Assembly (NCBI GenBank): GCA_965215515.1 | Contig: OZ244057.1 | Coordinates: 320,001-384,000 of the forward strand | Direction: 5' to 3' | Source: Oligoflexales bacterium | GTDB taxonomy: Bacteria > Bdellovibrionota_B > Oligoflexia > Oligoflexales > JAPPIL01 | Length of the DNA stretch: 64,000 nucleotides | Shown here: in pieces, positions 18,988-29,419 of the stretch | How the letters are laid out: the number at the start of each line of letters is the position of its first letter | Position numbering within the stretch: position 1 is the first letter of the stretch | The notes under the pieces: generated by a model | Told to the model about the DNA's origin: nothing | Seen by the model: the letters and a program-made list of their open reading frames with translations, nothing else | Database searches by the model: none | Made by a program: the position numbers and the translations under genes

Positions 18988-19953
18988 ATGCTGTTCATAA
19001 CACTCGGTGACCCGCACAGCATCTCTATCGCTATTCTGCAACACCTGCTCCCACGACCATATCCATCGGTCGTTATCGGCAGTGCCTGGCACTGGCAAGA
19101 ACAAACCCAAAATAAACAGAAACTCACCCCCCTGACCGCACTCGATTTCGTCGCACCGCTGCCACACGGTAACTATTTTCACGACATCGGACAAGCTGAC
19201 TGCTGCGTGCCAACCACCGCCCTGACCGCCCACCAACGCGGCACTCTGGCTAACGCAGCCCTGCACAGTCTGCACGCCATCGCCTACCGCGGCCGCTACG
19301 CCGTGCTGACCTGCCCCATCGACAAACAAAACTGCGCCGCGGCGGGATTTGCCTATCGTGGCCAGACAGAATTCTTCGCCCAACTCTATGCCTGCGAGAC
19401 CATCATGGTGCTGAGCAGCCCCACACTCAACGTCGCTCTCGTTACCAACCACCTCGCTATCCGTGAACTGCCCACAACCCTGACCACAGCACTCGTCTAC
19501 AACAAACTAAAACTTTTCGCCCACACCCTCACTACCCTGCTCGCACGCCCGCAACCACGCATCGCCGTCTGCGCTCTCAACCCCCACTGCGGTGACGGTG
19601 GGCTTTGCGGTGACGAAGACACACAGATTATCGCCCCCGCCCTCGCTGCCGCCCAACGAGAAGTAGACGGCCGCATTACAGGGCCACACGCCGCCGACAG
19701 TATTTTTCACGCCGCCCGTGCAGGCAGATACGACGGAGTGCTAGCCATGTACCACGATCAAGGACTCGCCCCCCTGAAAACATGTGCTGCCTACGACGCG
19801 GTCAACATCAGCGGCGGGCTGCCGATACTGCGCATTTCCCCCGACCACGGTCCCGCCGCAGACCTGTACGGCACAAAAAACGCTGACCCGCAAAGCTTCA
19901 TGCGTTGCTGTCAAATTATCGACGCATACCTGTGTGATAGCGCCGATGCCTGA
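18988..19953 (+). CDS. pdxA: 4-hydroxythreonine-4-phosphate dehydrogenase PdxA
   Basis: TLGDP, TCPIDK, LNPHCG, AMYHDQGL, RISPDHG. Confidence 0.92.
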   Translation: MLFITLGDPHSISIAILQHLLPRPYPSVVIGSAWHWQEQTQNKQKLTPLTALDFVAPLPHGNYFHDIGQADCCVPTTALTAHQRGTLANAALHSLHAIAYRGRYAVLTCPIDKQNCAAAGFAYRGQTEFFAQLYACETIMVLSSPTLNVALVTNHLAIRELPTTLTTALVYNKLKLFAHTLTTLLARPQPRIAVCALNPHCGDGGLCGDEDTQIIAPALAAAQREVDGRITGPHAADSIFHAARAGRYDGVLAMYHDQGLAPLKTCAAYDAVNISGGLPILRISPDHGPAADLYGTKNADPQSFMRCCQIIDAYLCDSADA

Positions 19954-22351
19954 TATCGTTATCAAAGGCGCCTCCGAACATAACCTGCGCCACATCGACG
20001 TAACTATCGCCCGCCAAGCCATCACCGTCGTCAGCGGAGTCAGCGGAGCAGGCAAAAGCACCCTGGTGCTGAACGTTATCCTGCGCGAAGCACAGCGGCG
20101 TTTCTTCAACACCATGTCGTTGCACGCCCGCAAATTGCTACAAGGATTCACCCGCCCCGCCGTCAAGTCCATCCACGGTCTGTCCCCCGCCCTGATCTTG
20201 CCGCAAGCTGTACCTCCTCCTAGTGCCACAGCATCGCTCGGAGAAGTAACGGGACTCAGCGAACTGTGGCACATCGTCTTCGCCGCCCTAGGAGAAAGAA
20301 AATGTCCCCAACACAATGTGCCGACTACCCCCTCCACCTCCGCAGATATTAGCGCCACACTGCTCGCCTCGCCCGCCCCTACCACCCTCGTCATCGCCGC
20401 CCCACTGCCCACGCAAAAAAACTACACCCGTCAAGATTGGCAAACCCTGCAACAAAAATACCTGCGAGTCATCATCGCTGATAAACTCTACACCCTCGAC
20501 GATGGCGATGCCCTGCCCGCCGTGAGCGGCACCGACACCGTCAGTGCCCTCGTCGATGTCATCCATCTCAAAACAGGATGCGAAGCACGCCTCACCCGCA
20601 GCATCGAACAAGCACTACTGCTCGGTGACGGACGTTGCCACACCGCACACTACCGACAACAACGCCTGCGACACACACAGTACTTCACTACCGCAGCCAG
20701 CTGCCCACAATGCAACTTCACCTGGCCACCCCTAGAAGCACAGCACTTTGCACGACCATGCGGCACATGCCGCGGGAAAAAAAACACCGCCAAGCAACCC
20801 TGCCCAGCTTGTCACGGCACAGGAATACCCGCTGACCTGCACGCCATTACCGTCGCCACCCATTCGTTGCCCCAGATCAAGAACATGATGCTCGATGCCC
20901 AGCAAAAGATAGTGAGACAATTGCTCGCTACCCCGCACTTAGCCATTCACCTGCGCACAGTTTTGCAACGCATCAGCAGTGAACTCCTCCAACTGCAAGA
21001 ACTCGGCCTCGACTACCTAACCCTAGCGACACGACTGCACGGCCTATCGGGCGGAGAATGGCAAAAAACCAGAATCGCAACTCTGAGCAACGAAAACCTA
21101 AACGGTGTTATCTACATCTTCGATGAACCCAGTCAAGGTCTTGCGGCGACCGAAGTCGCACAGTTGTGGCAGAAGTTTGTGCGTCTCAAAAAAAACGGCA
21201 ATACCGTTATCATCGTCGATCATAACCGTGTCATGCTGGAAAAAGCCGATTGCATCATCGATCTCGGCCACGGCGGCGGCGAACAAGGCGGAGAGGTGGT
21301 GGCAAAATTCAGCTATGATGAACGTGAACGTTTTCGGCGCAGTTCAGCGACCGCAGAATTTCTCTGCCATCCCTCCCCCACCCCCGCCATCACACCCACA
21401 CCCACACGAAAATTTTTAGAAGTTTACCCCCCGCGCCTCAATAACCTGCACATCGAACGGGTGCGTTTACTGCCACACGGCATCAACATCATCACAGGCG
21501 TAGCAGGAGCGGGCAAATCGAGTTTGCTCGAACACTGCCTCTACCGCATGTTGCGGGCGCGGCAAGACGACACACACAACCCTCGCCGACTGCGTGGGTT
21601 TGAGGCGATGCGCAAAATTTATTTTGTCCACCGCCGCCCTTTAGCAGCACGACAACGCAGCCTGGTCGTCACGCAACTCGATATTTTTGCCCCGCTGCGC
21701 CGCCTGTTCGGACAACTAAAAGAAAGCCAGATCGCAGGCTTCAGCGTCAGCGATTTTTCCCTGAGCACCGCCAGTCGCGGACGGTGCTCCTCCTGCCGCG
21801 GGGCGGGGCTGGTAGCGGCCAGTGTTGCCTACCTGCCAGCTACCCCATGCCGCGTCTGTCAGGGAAAACGCTACGATGCCGCGCTCGACAGTATTACCTG
21901 GCGCGGTCTCAGCATCAGCGACGTGCTAGCACTGAGCATCGCTCGTGCTGCACAATTTTTTCGTAATTTCAGCAAAGTACACGCAACACTACAAGCCGCG
22001 TGCGATCTCGGTCTCGGCCATCTGCAACTCGGTCGTGCCATCACACAGCTGTCAGGCGGTGAAAGTCAACGCTTGCAACTCGTGCCCTGTCTGGCAAAAG
22101 CCGACAGCCACACCCTGCTCTTGCTCGACGAACCAGGCCGCGGTCTGCACCATGTCGATATCGCCAAGCTGTTGCAGCTTTTCCAAAAATTACGCACCGC
22201 AGGGACGACACTGGTCTTGATCGAACACAACGCCGAACTCATCGCCGCCTGCGACTGGCTGATACAACTAGGACCAGGCGGCGGGTGCTACGGCGGTCGC
22301 TTGCTGCACGAAGGCACACCTACAATTCCCAAAAAAAATCAAATTGGGTAA
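19946..22351 (+). CDS. uvrA: Divergent UvrA-like ABC ATPase
   Basis: GASEHNL, two Walker A motifs (GVSGAGKS, GVAGAGKS), LSGGE signatures, DEP Walker B motifs and CxxC pairs; about 800 aa. Confidence 0.75.
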   Translation: MPDIVIKGASEHNLRHIDVTIARQAITVVSGVSGAGKSTLVLNVILREAQRRFFNTMSLHARKLLQGFTRPAVKSIHGLSPALILPQAVPPPSATASLGEVTGLSELWHIVFAALGERKCPQHNVPTTPSTSADISATLLASPAPTTLVIAAPLPTQKNYTRQDWQTLQQKYLRVIIADKLYTLDDGDALPAVSGTDTVSALVDVIHLKTGCEARLTRSIEQALLLGDGRCHTAHYRQQRLRHTQYFTTAASCPQCNFTWPPLEAQHFARPCGTCRGKKNTAKQPCPACHGTGIPADLHAITVATHSLPQIKNMMLDAQQKIVRQLLATPHLAIHLRTVLQRISSELLQLQELGLDYLTLATRLHGLSGGEWQKTRIATLSNENLNGVIYIFDEPSQGLAATEVAQLWQKFVRLKKNGNTVIIVDHNRVMLEKADCIIDLGHGGGEQGGEVVAKFSYDERERFRRSSATAEFLCHPSPTPAITPTPTRKFLEVYPPRLNNLHIERVRLLPHGINIITGVAGAGKSSLLEHCLYRMLRARQDDTHNPRRLRGFEAMRKIYFVHRRPLAARQRSLVVTQLDIFAPLRRLFGQLKESQIAGFSVSDFSLSTASRGRCSSCRGAGLVAASVAYLPATPCRVCQGKRYDAALDSITWRGLSISDVLALSIARAAQFFRNFSKVHATLQAACDLGLGHLQLGRAITQLSGGESQRLQLVPCLAKADSHTLLLLDEPGRGLHHVDIAKLLQLFQKLRTAGTTLVLIEHNAELIAACDWLIQLGPGGGCYGGRLLHEGTPTIPKKNQIG

Positions 22352-22423
22352 AATAGAAGATGAGACGCTCCGATGGCAAAAGCGGGAGGAGTGTCTTCCC
22401 CAGCCTGAGCGGGAGAGTCAGAT

Positions 22424-24232
22424 GTGAAAGGATGCACTGTCGTTTATTTTTTGCTCGTTTTGTTGCTGTCTACCGCAGCACTGGCGGAGCCGCAGCTGGT
22501 CGCCAGAATCGACGTTGCCCGACTGATGCAACACAGTGTCGGGGTGCGCACGCTGCTGGCAAGCGCAATACCGTCCGCGGAGACGCAACACACGACAACA
22601 GGCACAACGCTAACACTATATCGTGAGGCGGGGACGGTAGTTTTTTCCCCCGCCTACCCTGTCCTTACCGCGGGCACGAAGTTGACGCTAAAACTACAAG
22701 GGCTCGCTCCTGCCGAGGTCGAAGTGTACCCTCGCCACACGGAGACAATTGCCTGGCAACCAGAAAACAACAGCCTCACAGCACTGCAAGCAGGTGAAAG
22801 CGAGGTCGTCTTCATCATCGCCAAGACACTGCACATCTTGCCCCTGCAAGTACAAGCAGCACCTGTGCAGCTAGCCAGTAGCCATGCAACTCCCGCCGAG
22901 CCAGCACTGCCCGCGTCGTTATGGCAAGCTCAGCTCGAGCAGTCATCGCCTCTGCACGCCCCGCCGCAGCGCGCGCAGCGCGCAACGAAAGAATCTCTAA
23001 TCTTTAAACTGGAGCGGGCGCAGGTTGCCTACCGTCAGGTGGAGATTCAAGTTGTCGATGAACGTACGACGGCGAGCGCACATTACCCTGTCAGCGGTAT
23101 GCAGGTCAGTTTGCTCGGCTCGTCTCTACAGCTACGAACGGATGCAAGGGGGGTGGTGCGGATCGCGGCGGTGCCCGAAGAGGCGCGGCTGTTGTTGAAA
23201 CTGCACGACCCGCAGGGACGTTATATGCCCGCCTGGCAGGAAATTTTCGTGCGCAAACAGCAGGGTCGTTATCGCCTGACAGTGCGACGGGAGCTATCCT
23301 TCGCTGCGCTGCAGACGATCGTCGGACGTAGCCAGGATACACGCTTGGCCTCACTGTGTGCGGTGCTCGCGGGCACGCAGGGAGAGACAGACTTCGTGGT
23401 CACCAGCGATGTGCCTGCCGACGGTGTTTACTACTTCAACCGACTGCAACTGCTCGCTCCCCAACAACAGGCGACAGGACAGGACAACCGTTTTTGTTTG
23501 TTCAACGTCGCTCCAGGCCCGCTGACCCTGTTCATCGCTGACGCGGAGGGGCAGCACCGTGCCGTGTTCACCGTCGGGCTGGCAGCGGGGCATCATCGCG
23601 AGGAAATTTTTACCCTGCGTGAAGGACAGGCATATCGCAGCTGGCTGGCGATCGCCGCTGATATGCACCGCCCTGTGCAAGGACAAGCTACAGAAGAGAT
23701 AGTTGATTTTGTGCAGATGCGCATGGTCGGTGACGATAGCTATCTGGCTAAAGCCGCCGACGGCTTGCTAGAAACCGCCCCCATCTGGCATCGCGGTCGC
23801 AGCCATGCGGTTACCCGTGACGCGGAATTCGAAGACACGCTCTATCAGTTTACCGACACCGCACCCGTGGGGTTTGTCCCACTCCTGCTGCGGGGACTCA
23901 TCGAGAATACGGCATTGCTCGCGAATACCACGCACGATGCGAGTCTCGGCAGCGCGGTGATCGAGTACGGAGCACGGCAAGGCGAAGATGCCGCCGCGGT
24001 CTCCCTGCGCCTCGTGGATACGGAAGGCAGGGATGTGCACACAGCCTGGGCTGTGCAGGAGGGCGGTGTAACCCGCAGCGTCTTCCTCAACCTCAACTAC
24101 GGGGAGTATCAAGTTATCGCCCAAAACGCAGACGGCTACTGGCTAGCGGCGGGGACGGTGTTCGTCTACAGCGAGACCGTTTCTTTCTTGCGCACGGGAG
24201 CGGCGGTAGTTTACCGCGGGAAGAAACCATAA
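22424..24232 (+). CDS. Hypothetical secreted beta-rich protein
   Basis: 602-aa ORF with a signal peptide (…STAALA); no family recognised. Confidence 0.7.
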   Translation: MKGCTVVYFLLVLLLSTAALAEPQLVARIDVARLMQHSVGVRTLLASAIPSAETQHTTTGTTLTLYREAGTVVFSPAYPVLTAGTKLTLKLQGLAPAEVEVYPRHTETIAWQPENNSLTALQAGESEVVFIIAKTLHILPLQVQAAPVQLASSHATPAEPALPASLWQAQLEQSSPLHAPPQRAQRATKESLIFKLERAQVAYRQVEIQVVDERTTASAHYPVSGMQVSLLGSSLQLRTDARGVVRIAAVPEEARLLLKLHDPQGRYMPAWQEIFVRKQQGRYRLTVRRELSFAALQTIVGRSQDTRLASLCAVLAGTQGETDFVVTSDVPADGVYYFNRLQLLAPQQQATGQDNRFCLFNVAPGPLTLFIADAEGQHRAVFTVGLAAGHHREEIFTLREGQAYRSWLAIAADMHRPVQGQATEEIVDFVQMRMVGDDSYLAKAADGLLETAPIWHRGRSHAVTRDAEFEDTLYQFTDTAPVGFVPLLLRGLIENTALLANTTHDASLGSAVIEYGARQGEDAAAVSLRLVDTEGRDVHTAWAVQEGGVTRSVFLNLNYGEYQVIAQNADGYWLAAGTVFVYSETVSFLRTGAAVVYRGKKP

Positions 24233-24246
24233 CTCCACGCGTCAAC

Positions 24247-25071
24247 ATGATAGCACCTGCCTGCGCAGTGACCGAGGCTGACCTGCACGGTCGTGTGCAA
24301 CAGTTGCGGGCGCGTGGCATCGACATCGGCACTGTTCCGCCCGTTTTTGCGGACGAAGAAGCCAAGCGTCGGCACTTACGCGCGGCGTTGTGTGCTGATG
24401 ATGACGCACATTTGCTCTGCGTGCGCGGTGGTTATGGCACGTCCGACGTGCTGCCGTCGATCCCTTATGCGCGCTTGTCACGCTCCAAGCGTGTAATCGG
24501 CTTCTCGGACATCTCCGCCCTGCACAGCGCCTTGTGGACGCAGTGTGGTTTTGTCGGTCTCAGCGCTGCGATGCCAGGCAGTGCCGCGTGGGGGGATCTG
24601 GACAGCGAGGCGATGCGTACGCTACTCGCTATCCTACGCGGCACATGTGGGGGGGGTATGCTGGCAGTTACGGCGCGGGGGGATTACGGCACGGAAGAAG
24701 TAGCGGGAACGTTGTTCGGCGGCTGTTTTTCGGTGTTGACGAATTTGTTGGCTACGCCCTACTTGCCACGGGAACTGGCGGGTTATATTTTATTTTTCGA
24801 GGATGTCAATGAGAGTGAAGGGAGGTTGTTGCGTTACCTCAATCAGTGGCGTTTCAGCGGTATGCTCGACGGTGTACGGGCGATAGTGTTGGGACGTTTT
24901 GAACAGCTGGAGGGCAGTCTCGCGCGTTTGTATGCTACGTGGCAGGCGCGGGTTACTTGTCCTGTTTACACGACGGATGATTTTGGGCATAGTGCTCCTC
25001 TCTCGCCGCTTCCTATCGGTGGGCGGGGGGTGATCAGGGGAGAAAAACTCGTTTGGACGTTAGCAAACTAG
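24247..25071 (+). CDS. ldcA: LD-carboxypeptidase (peptidase S66)
   Basis: RGGYG, GFSDISALH, GGC, LFFEDV, FGH. Confidence 0.9.
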   Translation: MIAPACAVTEADLHGRVQQLRARGIDIGTVPPVFADEEAKRRHLRAALCADDDAHLLCVRGGYGTSDVLPSIPYARLSRSKRVIGFSDISALHSALWTQCGFVGLSAAMPGSAAWGDLDSEAMRTLLAILRGTCGGGMLAVTARGDYGTEEVAGTLFGGCFSVLTNLLATPYLPRELAGYILFFEDVNESEGRLLRYLNQWRFSGMLDGVRAIVLGRFEQLEGSLARLYATWQARVTCPVYTTDDFGHSAPLSPLPIGGRGVIRGEKLVWTLAN

Positions 25072-26492
25072 ACACACCCAAGAGTCGTATCGATGCAGCT
25101 CTCTATTTCATCGGGATTGCGGGCACGGGCATGGCCGCGGCGGCGGGTTATTGCAAAGAGTTTGGTTTTGCGGTGTTCGGCAGTGACAAAGAGGTCTACC
25201 CGCCTATCAGCGATATGTTGGAGGATGCGGGCATAACTTTTTTTGAAGGTTATGCTGCGTCGCATTTGATCGAGACTAACCCTTACATGGTGGTCATCGG
25301 CAATCACATTGCGGAAGACAATCCAGAAGTCGAGTATGTGCTCAGCAACAAGATACCGTACACGAGTTTTCCGCAGTTGATCGGCGATACGGTGTTGCAG
25401 GACAAGAGTGCGGTGGTTGTGGCGGGCACGCATGGCAAGACGACGACGACGGCGTTGTTAGCGCATTTGCTGATGAGTTTGAACAAAGACCCCAGTTATT
25501 TGGTCGGGGGTGTGCCTCTCAACACGCCGCGCAGTTTTCGCCTGGGCAAGGGCGATTTGTTTTGCATCGAGGGCGATGAGTATGGCAGTTCGTTTTTTTC
25601 GCCAGGAGCGAAGTTTCTCTTTTACCGCCCCAAATATTTGCTGCTCAACACCATCGAACTCGACCATGTCGATATCTATCATGACGTGCAGGAGCTGCTC
25701 GATCAGTTCGCGCGTTTGGTGTCGATGGTGGAAGATCCCCAGCATATTGTGGCAAACATTGACTGTCCTAACGTCGCTGCTTTACTCGACAAGCATGAGA
25801 TCGCCTGTGTCACGGTATCTCCCTACCAGCGGAACGAGATGGCGGATGTCATTGTGCTCAATTATCCTCCTCGCAGTCGTTACTTTGAGGTGCAGCTGCG
25901 CGCGTTTGGGAAGTTACAGCTGCGCCCTTTGTTGTTTGGGGCGCACAATGCCGCTAACATGGCGATGGCGTTGGGGGGAATTATCGCGCTCGGCTGCAAG
26001 AATTTGCCTTCTCTCAGGTATGGCTTTGCTTCGTTCAGGGGGGTGAAAAAGCGCTTGCAGCATTTGTTCAAGCAAAACGGTATCGACTGTTATGAGGATT
26101 TTGCCCATCACCCCACTGCGGTGCAGTCGGTGTTGACAACGTTGCGGGAGAAGTATCCTAACCGTCGTCTGCTCGCGGTGTTCGATTGCAAGAGTGCGTC
26201 GAGCAAACGCAATGTTTTTTTCCAGGAGTATGTCCGCAGTCTTGGAGTGGCTGACCTTGTGGCTTTGCGGCATTGTGCGGTCGATACTCGCATCAGGGCG
26301 ACGGAACGCATGAGCACGCAGGCACTAGCGAGTAAGATCGGCAAGCAAGCGTATGCTTGCAGTGACGACGAGGATTTGCGGCGATGGTTGGAAGATAAGC
26401 TACAGCGGGGCGATGTGTTAGTGTTGATGTCCTGTGCTAGCTATGGCGAGCTTCCACAGCGGATACGGCGCTGGGTGAGAAGACAGGTGTAG
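25053..26492 (+). CDS. mpl: Mur ligase, murein peptide ligase Mpl-like
   Basis: GIAGTGM, GSD..YPP, GTHGKTTT, EGDEY, DFAHHPTA; adjacent to ldcA. Confidence 0.85.
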   Translation: MDVSKLDTPKSRIDAALYFIGIAGTGMAAAAGYCKEFGFAVFGSDKEVYPPISDMLEDAGITFFEGYAASHLIETNPYMVVIGNHIAEDNPEVEYVLSNKIPYTSFPQLIGDTVLQDKSAVVVAGTHGKTTTTALLAHLLMSLNKDPSYLVGGVPLNTPRSFRLGKGDLFCIEGDEYGSSFFSPGAKFLFYRPKYLLLNTIELDHVDIYHDVQELLDQFARLVSMVEDPQHIVANIDCPNVAALLDKHEIACVTVSPYQRNEMADVIVLNYPPRSRYFEVQLRAFGKLQLRPLLFGAHNAANMAMALGGIIALGCKNLPSLRYGFASFRGVKKRLQHLFKQNGIDCYEDFAHHPTAVQSVLTTLREKYPNRRLLAVFDCKSASSKRNVFFQEYVRSLGVADLVALRHCAVDTRIRATERMSTQALASKIGKQAYACSDDEDLRRWLEDKLQRGDVLVLMSCASYGELPQRIRRWVRRQV

Positions 26493-26633
26493 GGTGGCAA
26501 GTGCCGCCCGTTTGTTTGCTAAAGTATCGAATTATTTCATTTTTTTAAAAGTTACCCTTAGCTTGGAGAACGATTGCAGGTATAATGGGAGTAGGGTGCG
26601 GTCTTGGACTTACAACACGAGGAGAATCAGCAA

Positions 26634-27191
26634 GTGAACAGCAAAACAACGGGGCAACCGCTGCCTGACGGCGTGGTGCGAAGCGGAAAAGCGGTGATGG
26701 GACGGTGGATGGTGGTGTTGGCGGTGCTGGGGTTGTTGTCTGCCTGTGCTGGGGACAAAGCACCTGAGGAGCCTGTGCAGGTCGATGAGTCTGCTCCTCC
26801 TCCGCAGATGGAGTTGCCGAGTGATCTCGATGTCGCTCCTGCGGGGGAGACGATGGCGGTTTCCGAGCGCACGGTTTATTTTGCTTTCGACGCTCATGCG
26901 TTGGATGCGCAGGCGCAGGCGAATATCGACGAGGTGTCTCGCTATCTGCAGGACAACAGCGATGTGTCGCTCAAGTTGGAGGGGCATTGCGATGAGCGTG
27001 GTTCGACCGAGTACAACTTGGCGTTGGGGCAACGGCGTGCGCAGGCGGTTAAGGATTATTTAGTGCAACTGGGTATTGACGAAAATCGTTTGCCAACTAT
27101 AAGTTACGGGGAGGAGAGGCCTGCGGTCGAGGGTAGCGACGAGACGGCGTGGTCTCAGAATCGAAGGGTTGAGTTTGTCCTTCAAAACTGA
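26634..27191 (+). CDS. pal: Peptidoglycan-associated lipoprotein (OmpA-like domain)
   Basis: LSAC lipobox; VYFAFD, EGHCDERGSTEYNLALGQRRA, SYGEERP, NRRVE. Start may be 26697. Confidence 0.95.
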   Translation: MNSKTTGQPLPDGVVRSGKAVMGRWMVVLAVLGLLSACAGDKAPEEPVQVDESAPPPQMELPSDLDVAPAGETMAVSERTVYFAFDAHALDAQAQANIDEVSRYLQDNSDVSLKLEGHCDERGSTEYNLALGQRRAQAVKDYLVQLGIDENRLPTISYGEERPAVEGSDETAWSQNRRVEFVLQN

Positions 27192-27214
27192 CGATGACAG
27201 CAAAGACTACGGGT

Positions 27215-27244
27215 AAGCCCAGCATTCTCTGCTGGGCTTTTTTT
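27215..27244 (+). terminator. Intrinsic terminator after pal
   Basis: AAGCCCAGCA-TTCTC-TGCTGGGCTT followed by a T run. Confidence 0.85.
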
Positions 27245-27269
27245 GTGCTCGCAGCGGGAAGGGAGCAGG

Positions 27270-28841
27270 GTGGAAGCTACGTTCATTATTGTGCTGGTCT
27301 GCGTTGGGGGCGCGGCGTTGGGGTTGTTTGTGGTCGGTACTTCTGTGCATCGTCGCCGCATGGCTGCGGTGTATGAGAAGGCGCAGCAGGAATCGCAGAC
27401 GATGATTGAGAGTGCCCGCAGGGAATCTGATCGGCTTGTGCAGGGGGCGTTGGATGAGGCGAGGGAGGAGAACAATCGTCGTCGTCGCTCGTTTGAGAAG
27501 GAAACAAAGCAGCGTCGGCAGGAGTTGATTAAGCTGGAGAATAAGATTCGTCAGCGGGAGCGTGCGATCGAGAGTAAGTTGCAGTTGTTGGGGAAGAAGG
27601 AGCAGGCGATCACGCAGCAGGAGCAGGCTTTGCGTGACGAGGAGTCTCGTTATCGGCGTTTGGCTGACGAAACCGATGATAATTTGCAGCGCGTGAAGGA
27701 CAGGCTCAAGCGGGTCACAGGCATGTCGGTCGAGGAGGCAAGGCAGGAGTTGGTCCGTAGTATTGCGAGTGAGGCGCGTCAGGAGGCGCGGGAGAAGTTG
27801 CGTAAGATCGAGGAGGAGACGCGTCAGGAGGCTGACCAGCAGGCGCGGTCGATTATCAGTGCTGCAGTGCAGCGTATTTCCAGTGAATTTGTCAGCGATG
27901 CGACGGTGACGGTGGTGTCGATTCCCAGTGATGATGTGAAGGGGCGTATTATCGGGCGCGAGGGGCGTAACATTCGGGCGATTGAGCAGTTAACGGGTGT
28001 CGATTTGATTATCGATGATACGCCTGAAGCGGTGATAGTATCTTGTTTCAACCCTGTGCGGCGGGAGATTGCACGCATTACGTTGGAGCGTTTGATTGTC
28101 GATGGTCGCATCCATCCTTCTCGTATCGGTGAAACGATCAAGCGGGTGACGGAGGAGTTGGATCAGACGATGCGTGATGAGGGTGAGCAGGCAATTTTGC
28201 AGCTGGGTATCAGTGACTTTCATCCTGAGTTGGTGTTGATGTTGGGGCGTTTGAAGTATCGTATGGTCGGACAGCAGACGGTGTTGCAGCATTCGTTGGA
28301 GACAGCGCAGATAGCTCGCATCATGGCCGCGGAGATGCGGGGGGACAGCAAGGAGGCGGCGCGTAGCGGACTGTTGCACGATATCGGCAAGGCACTCGAT
28401 GCGGAGGTGGACGGGCATCACGCGCAGGTGGGGGCTGACATTTGTGCACGACTGGGTGAATCCGCACAGGTGGTGGAAGCGATCAGGGCGCATCACTCCG
28501 ATCATGCGGTGCAATCCAGCCCTCTGGCGGGGATTGTTTTCACCGCCAATCAGTTGTCGATGAACCGTCCTGGAGCGCGCCAGGAGACTGTCGATGGCTA
28601 CATCAAGCGTCTTCACGATATGGAGAAACTGGTCGCGGCGTTCACGGGTATCGACAAAGTCTATGTGCTCAAGGCGGGACGGGAGGTACGTGCACTGGTC
28701 ACGCCGACGGGCATGAGCGATGACGAGGTGGTCGATCTCTCCAGCGAGATTGCGGCTAAGTTAAGGCAGGAGTTAACTTTCCCTGGGCAGGTGCGTATCA
28801 GCGTGGTCAGGGAGAGCCAGGCGGTAAATTACGCCAAGTAG
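27270..28841 (+). CDS. rny: Ribonuclease Y
   Basis: N-terminal TM helix, coiled coil, KH motif KGRIIGREGRNIR, HD motif LLHDIGK, RPGAR. Confidence 0.97.
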   Translation: MEATFIIVLVCVGGAALGLFVVGTSVHRRRMAAVYEKAQQESQTMIESARRESDRLVQGALDEAREENNRRRRSFEKETKQRRQELIKLENKIRQRERAIESKLQLLGKKEQAITQQEQALRDEESRYRRLADETDDNLQRVKDRLKRVTGMSVEEARQELVRSIASEARQEAREKLRKIEEETRQEADQQARSIISAAVQRISSEFVSDATVTVVSIPSDDVKGRIIGREGRNIRAIEQLTGVDLIIDDTPEAVIVSCFNPVRREIARITLERLIVDGRIHPSRIGETIKRVTEELDQTMRDEGEQAILQLGISDFHPELVLMLGRLKYRMVGQQTVLQHSLETAQIARIMAAEMRGDSKEAARSGLLHDIGKALDAEVDGHHAQVGADICARLGESAQVVEAIRAHHSDHAVQSSPLAGIVFTANQLSMNRPGARQETVDGYIKRLHDMEKLVAAFTGIDKVYVLKAGREVRALVTPTGMSDDEVVDLSSEIAAKLRQELTFPGQVRISVVRESQAVNYAK

Positions 28842-28891
28842 GTCGTGTCGATGTCTGTTTTTACCTTTTGCTTGCAGTGCCTGGGGGGCAT

Positions 28892-29419
28892 TTACGGACG
28901 CATCTGAAGGCAAAAATTGCCGTCCGCATCACGGACATAGCTGACCCGCTGCTGTCGTTCAGGATCGATGCTCACGGTCGCGGGGGGGGTGTCTGCACAG
29001 ATGTTTTGCCACAGCTGCACGCTGCCACGACTAACCCGCACCTCATAATGTCGGTCACGACGGAAATATACATCGTCGAGACGAGCGAGGTCACACACAT
29101 AGGGCAAGGTGTGTAACTCACGACGCGCTTGTAAGAAGTCCGCGAAGTTTTCGCCGTAAGCATCGATATTGCTGACTCGTGACGGATACTGCAAAATAAA
29201 CTCTCTAGCAAAAAACTTAAAGTTATCGGACTGCAAAGTTTTCTCTACCGACGGGTAACGACGCTGCAAAGCAGCCAACAAACCAAATAGCCAGTTATGG
29301 CGATAAGCCTTGAGATTAGCCGCCGTTGCCGCGGTAAGAATAGACAACGCACGCGGTGGTGCCCGCTGCAAGATCGCCTCGCTCAGAACACCGAGCGTTG
29401 CCTTGAGATCAAGGGCCAT
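28892..29419 (-). CDS. DUF2063-like partner protein of DUF692
   Basis: LKAYRHN...L...YP......F...AREF...YP....I..YG..F..FL...Y..DLARLD pattern; overlaps the DUF692 stop. Confidence 0.8.
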   Translation of the reverse strand: MALDLKATLGVLSEAILQRAPPRALSILTAATAANLKAYRHNWLFGLLAALQRRYPSVEKTLQSDNFKFFAREFILQYPSRVSNIDAYGENFADFLQARRELHTLPYVCDLARLDDVYFRRDRHYEVRVSRGSVQLWQNICADTPPATVSIDPERQQRVSYVRDADGNFCLQMRP

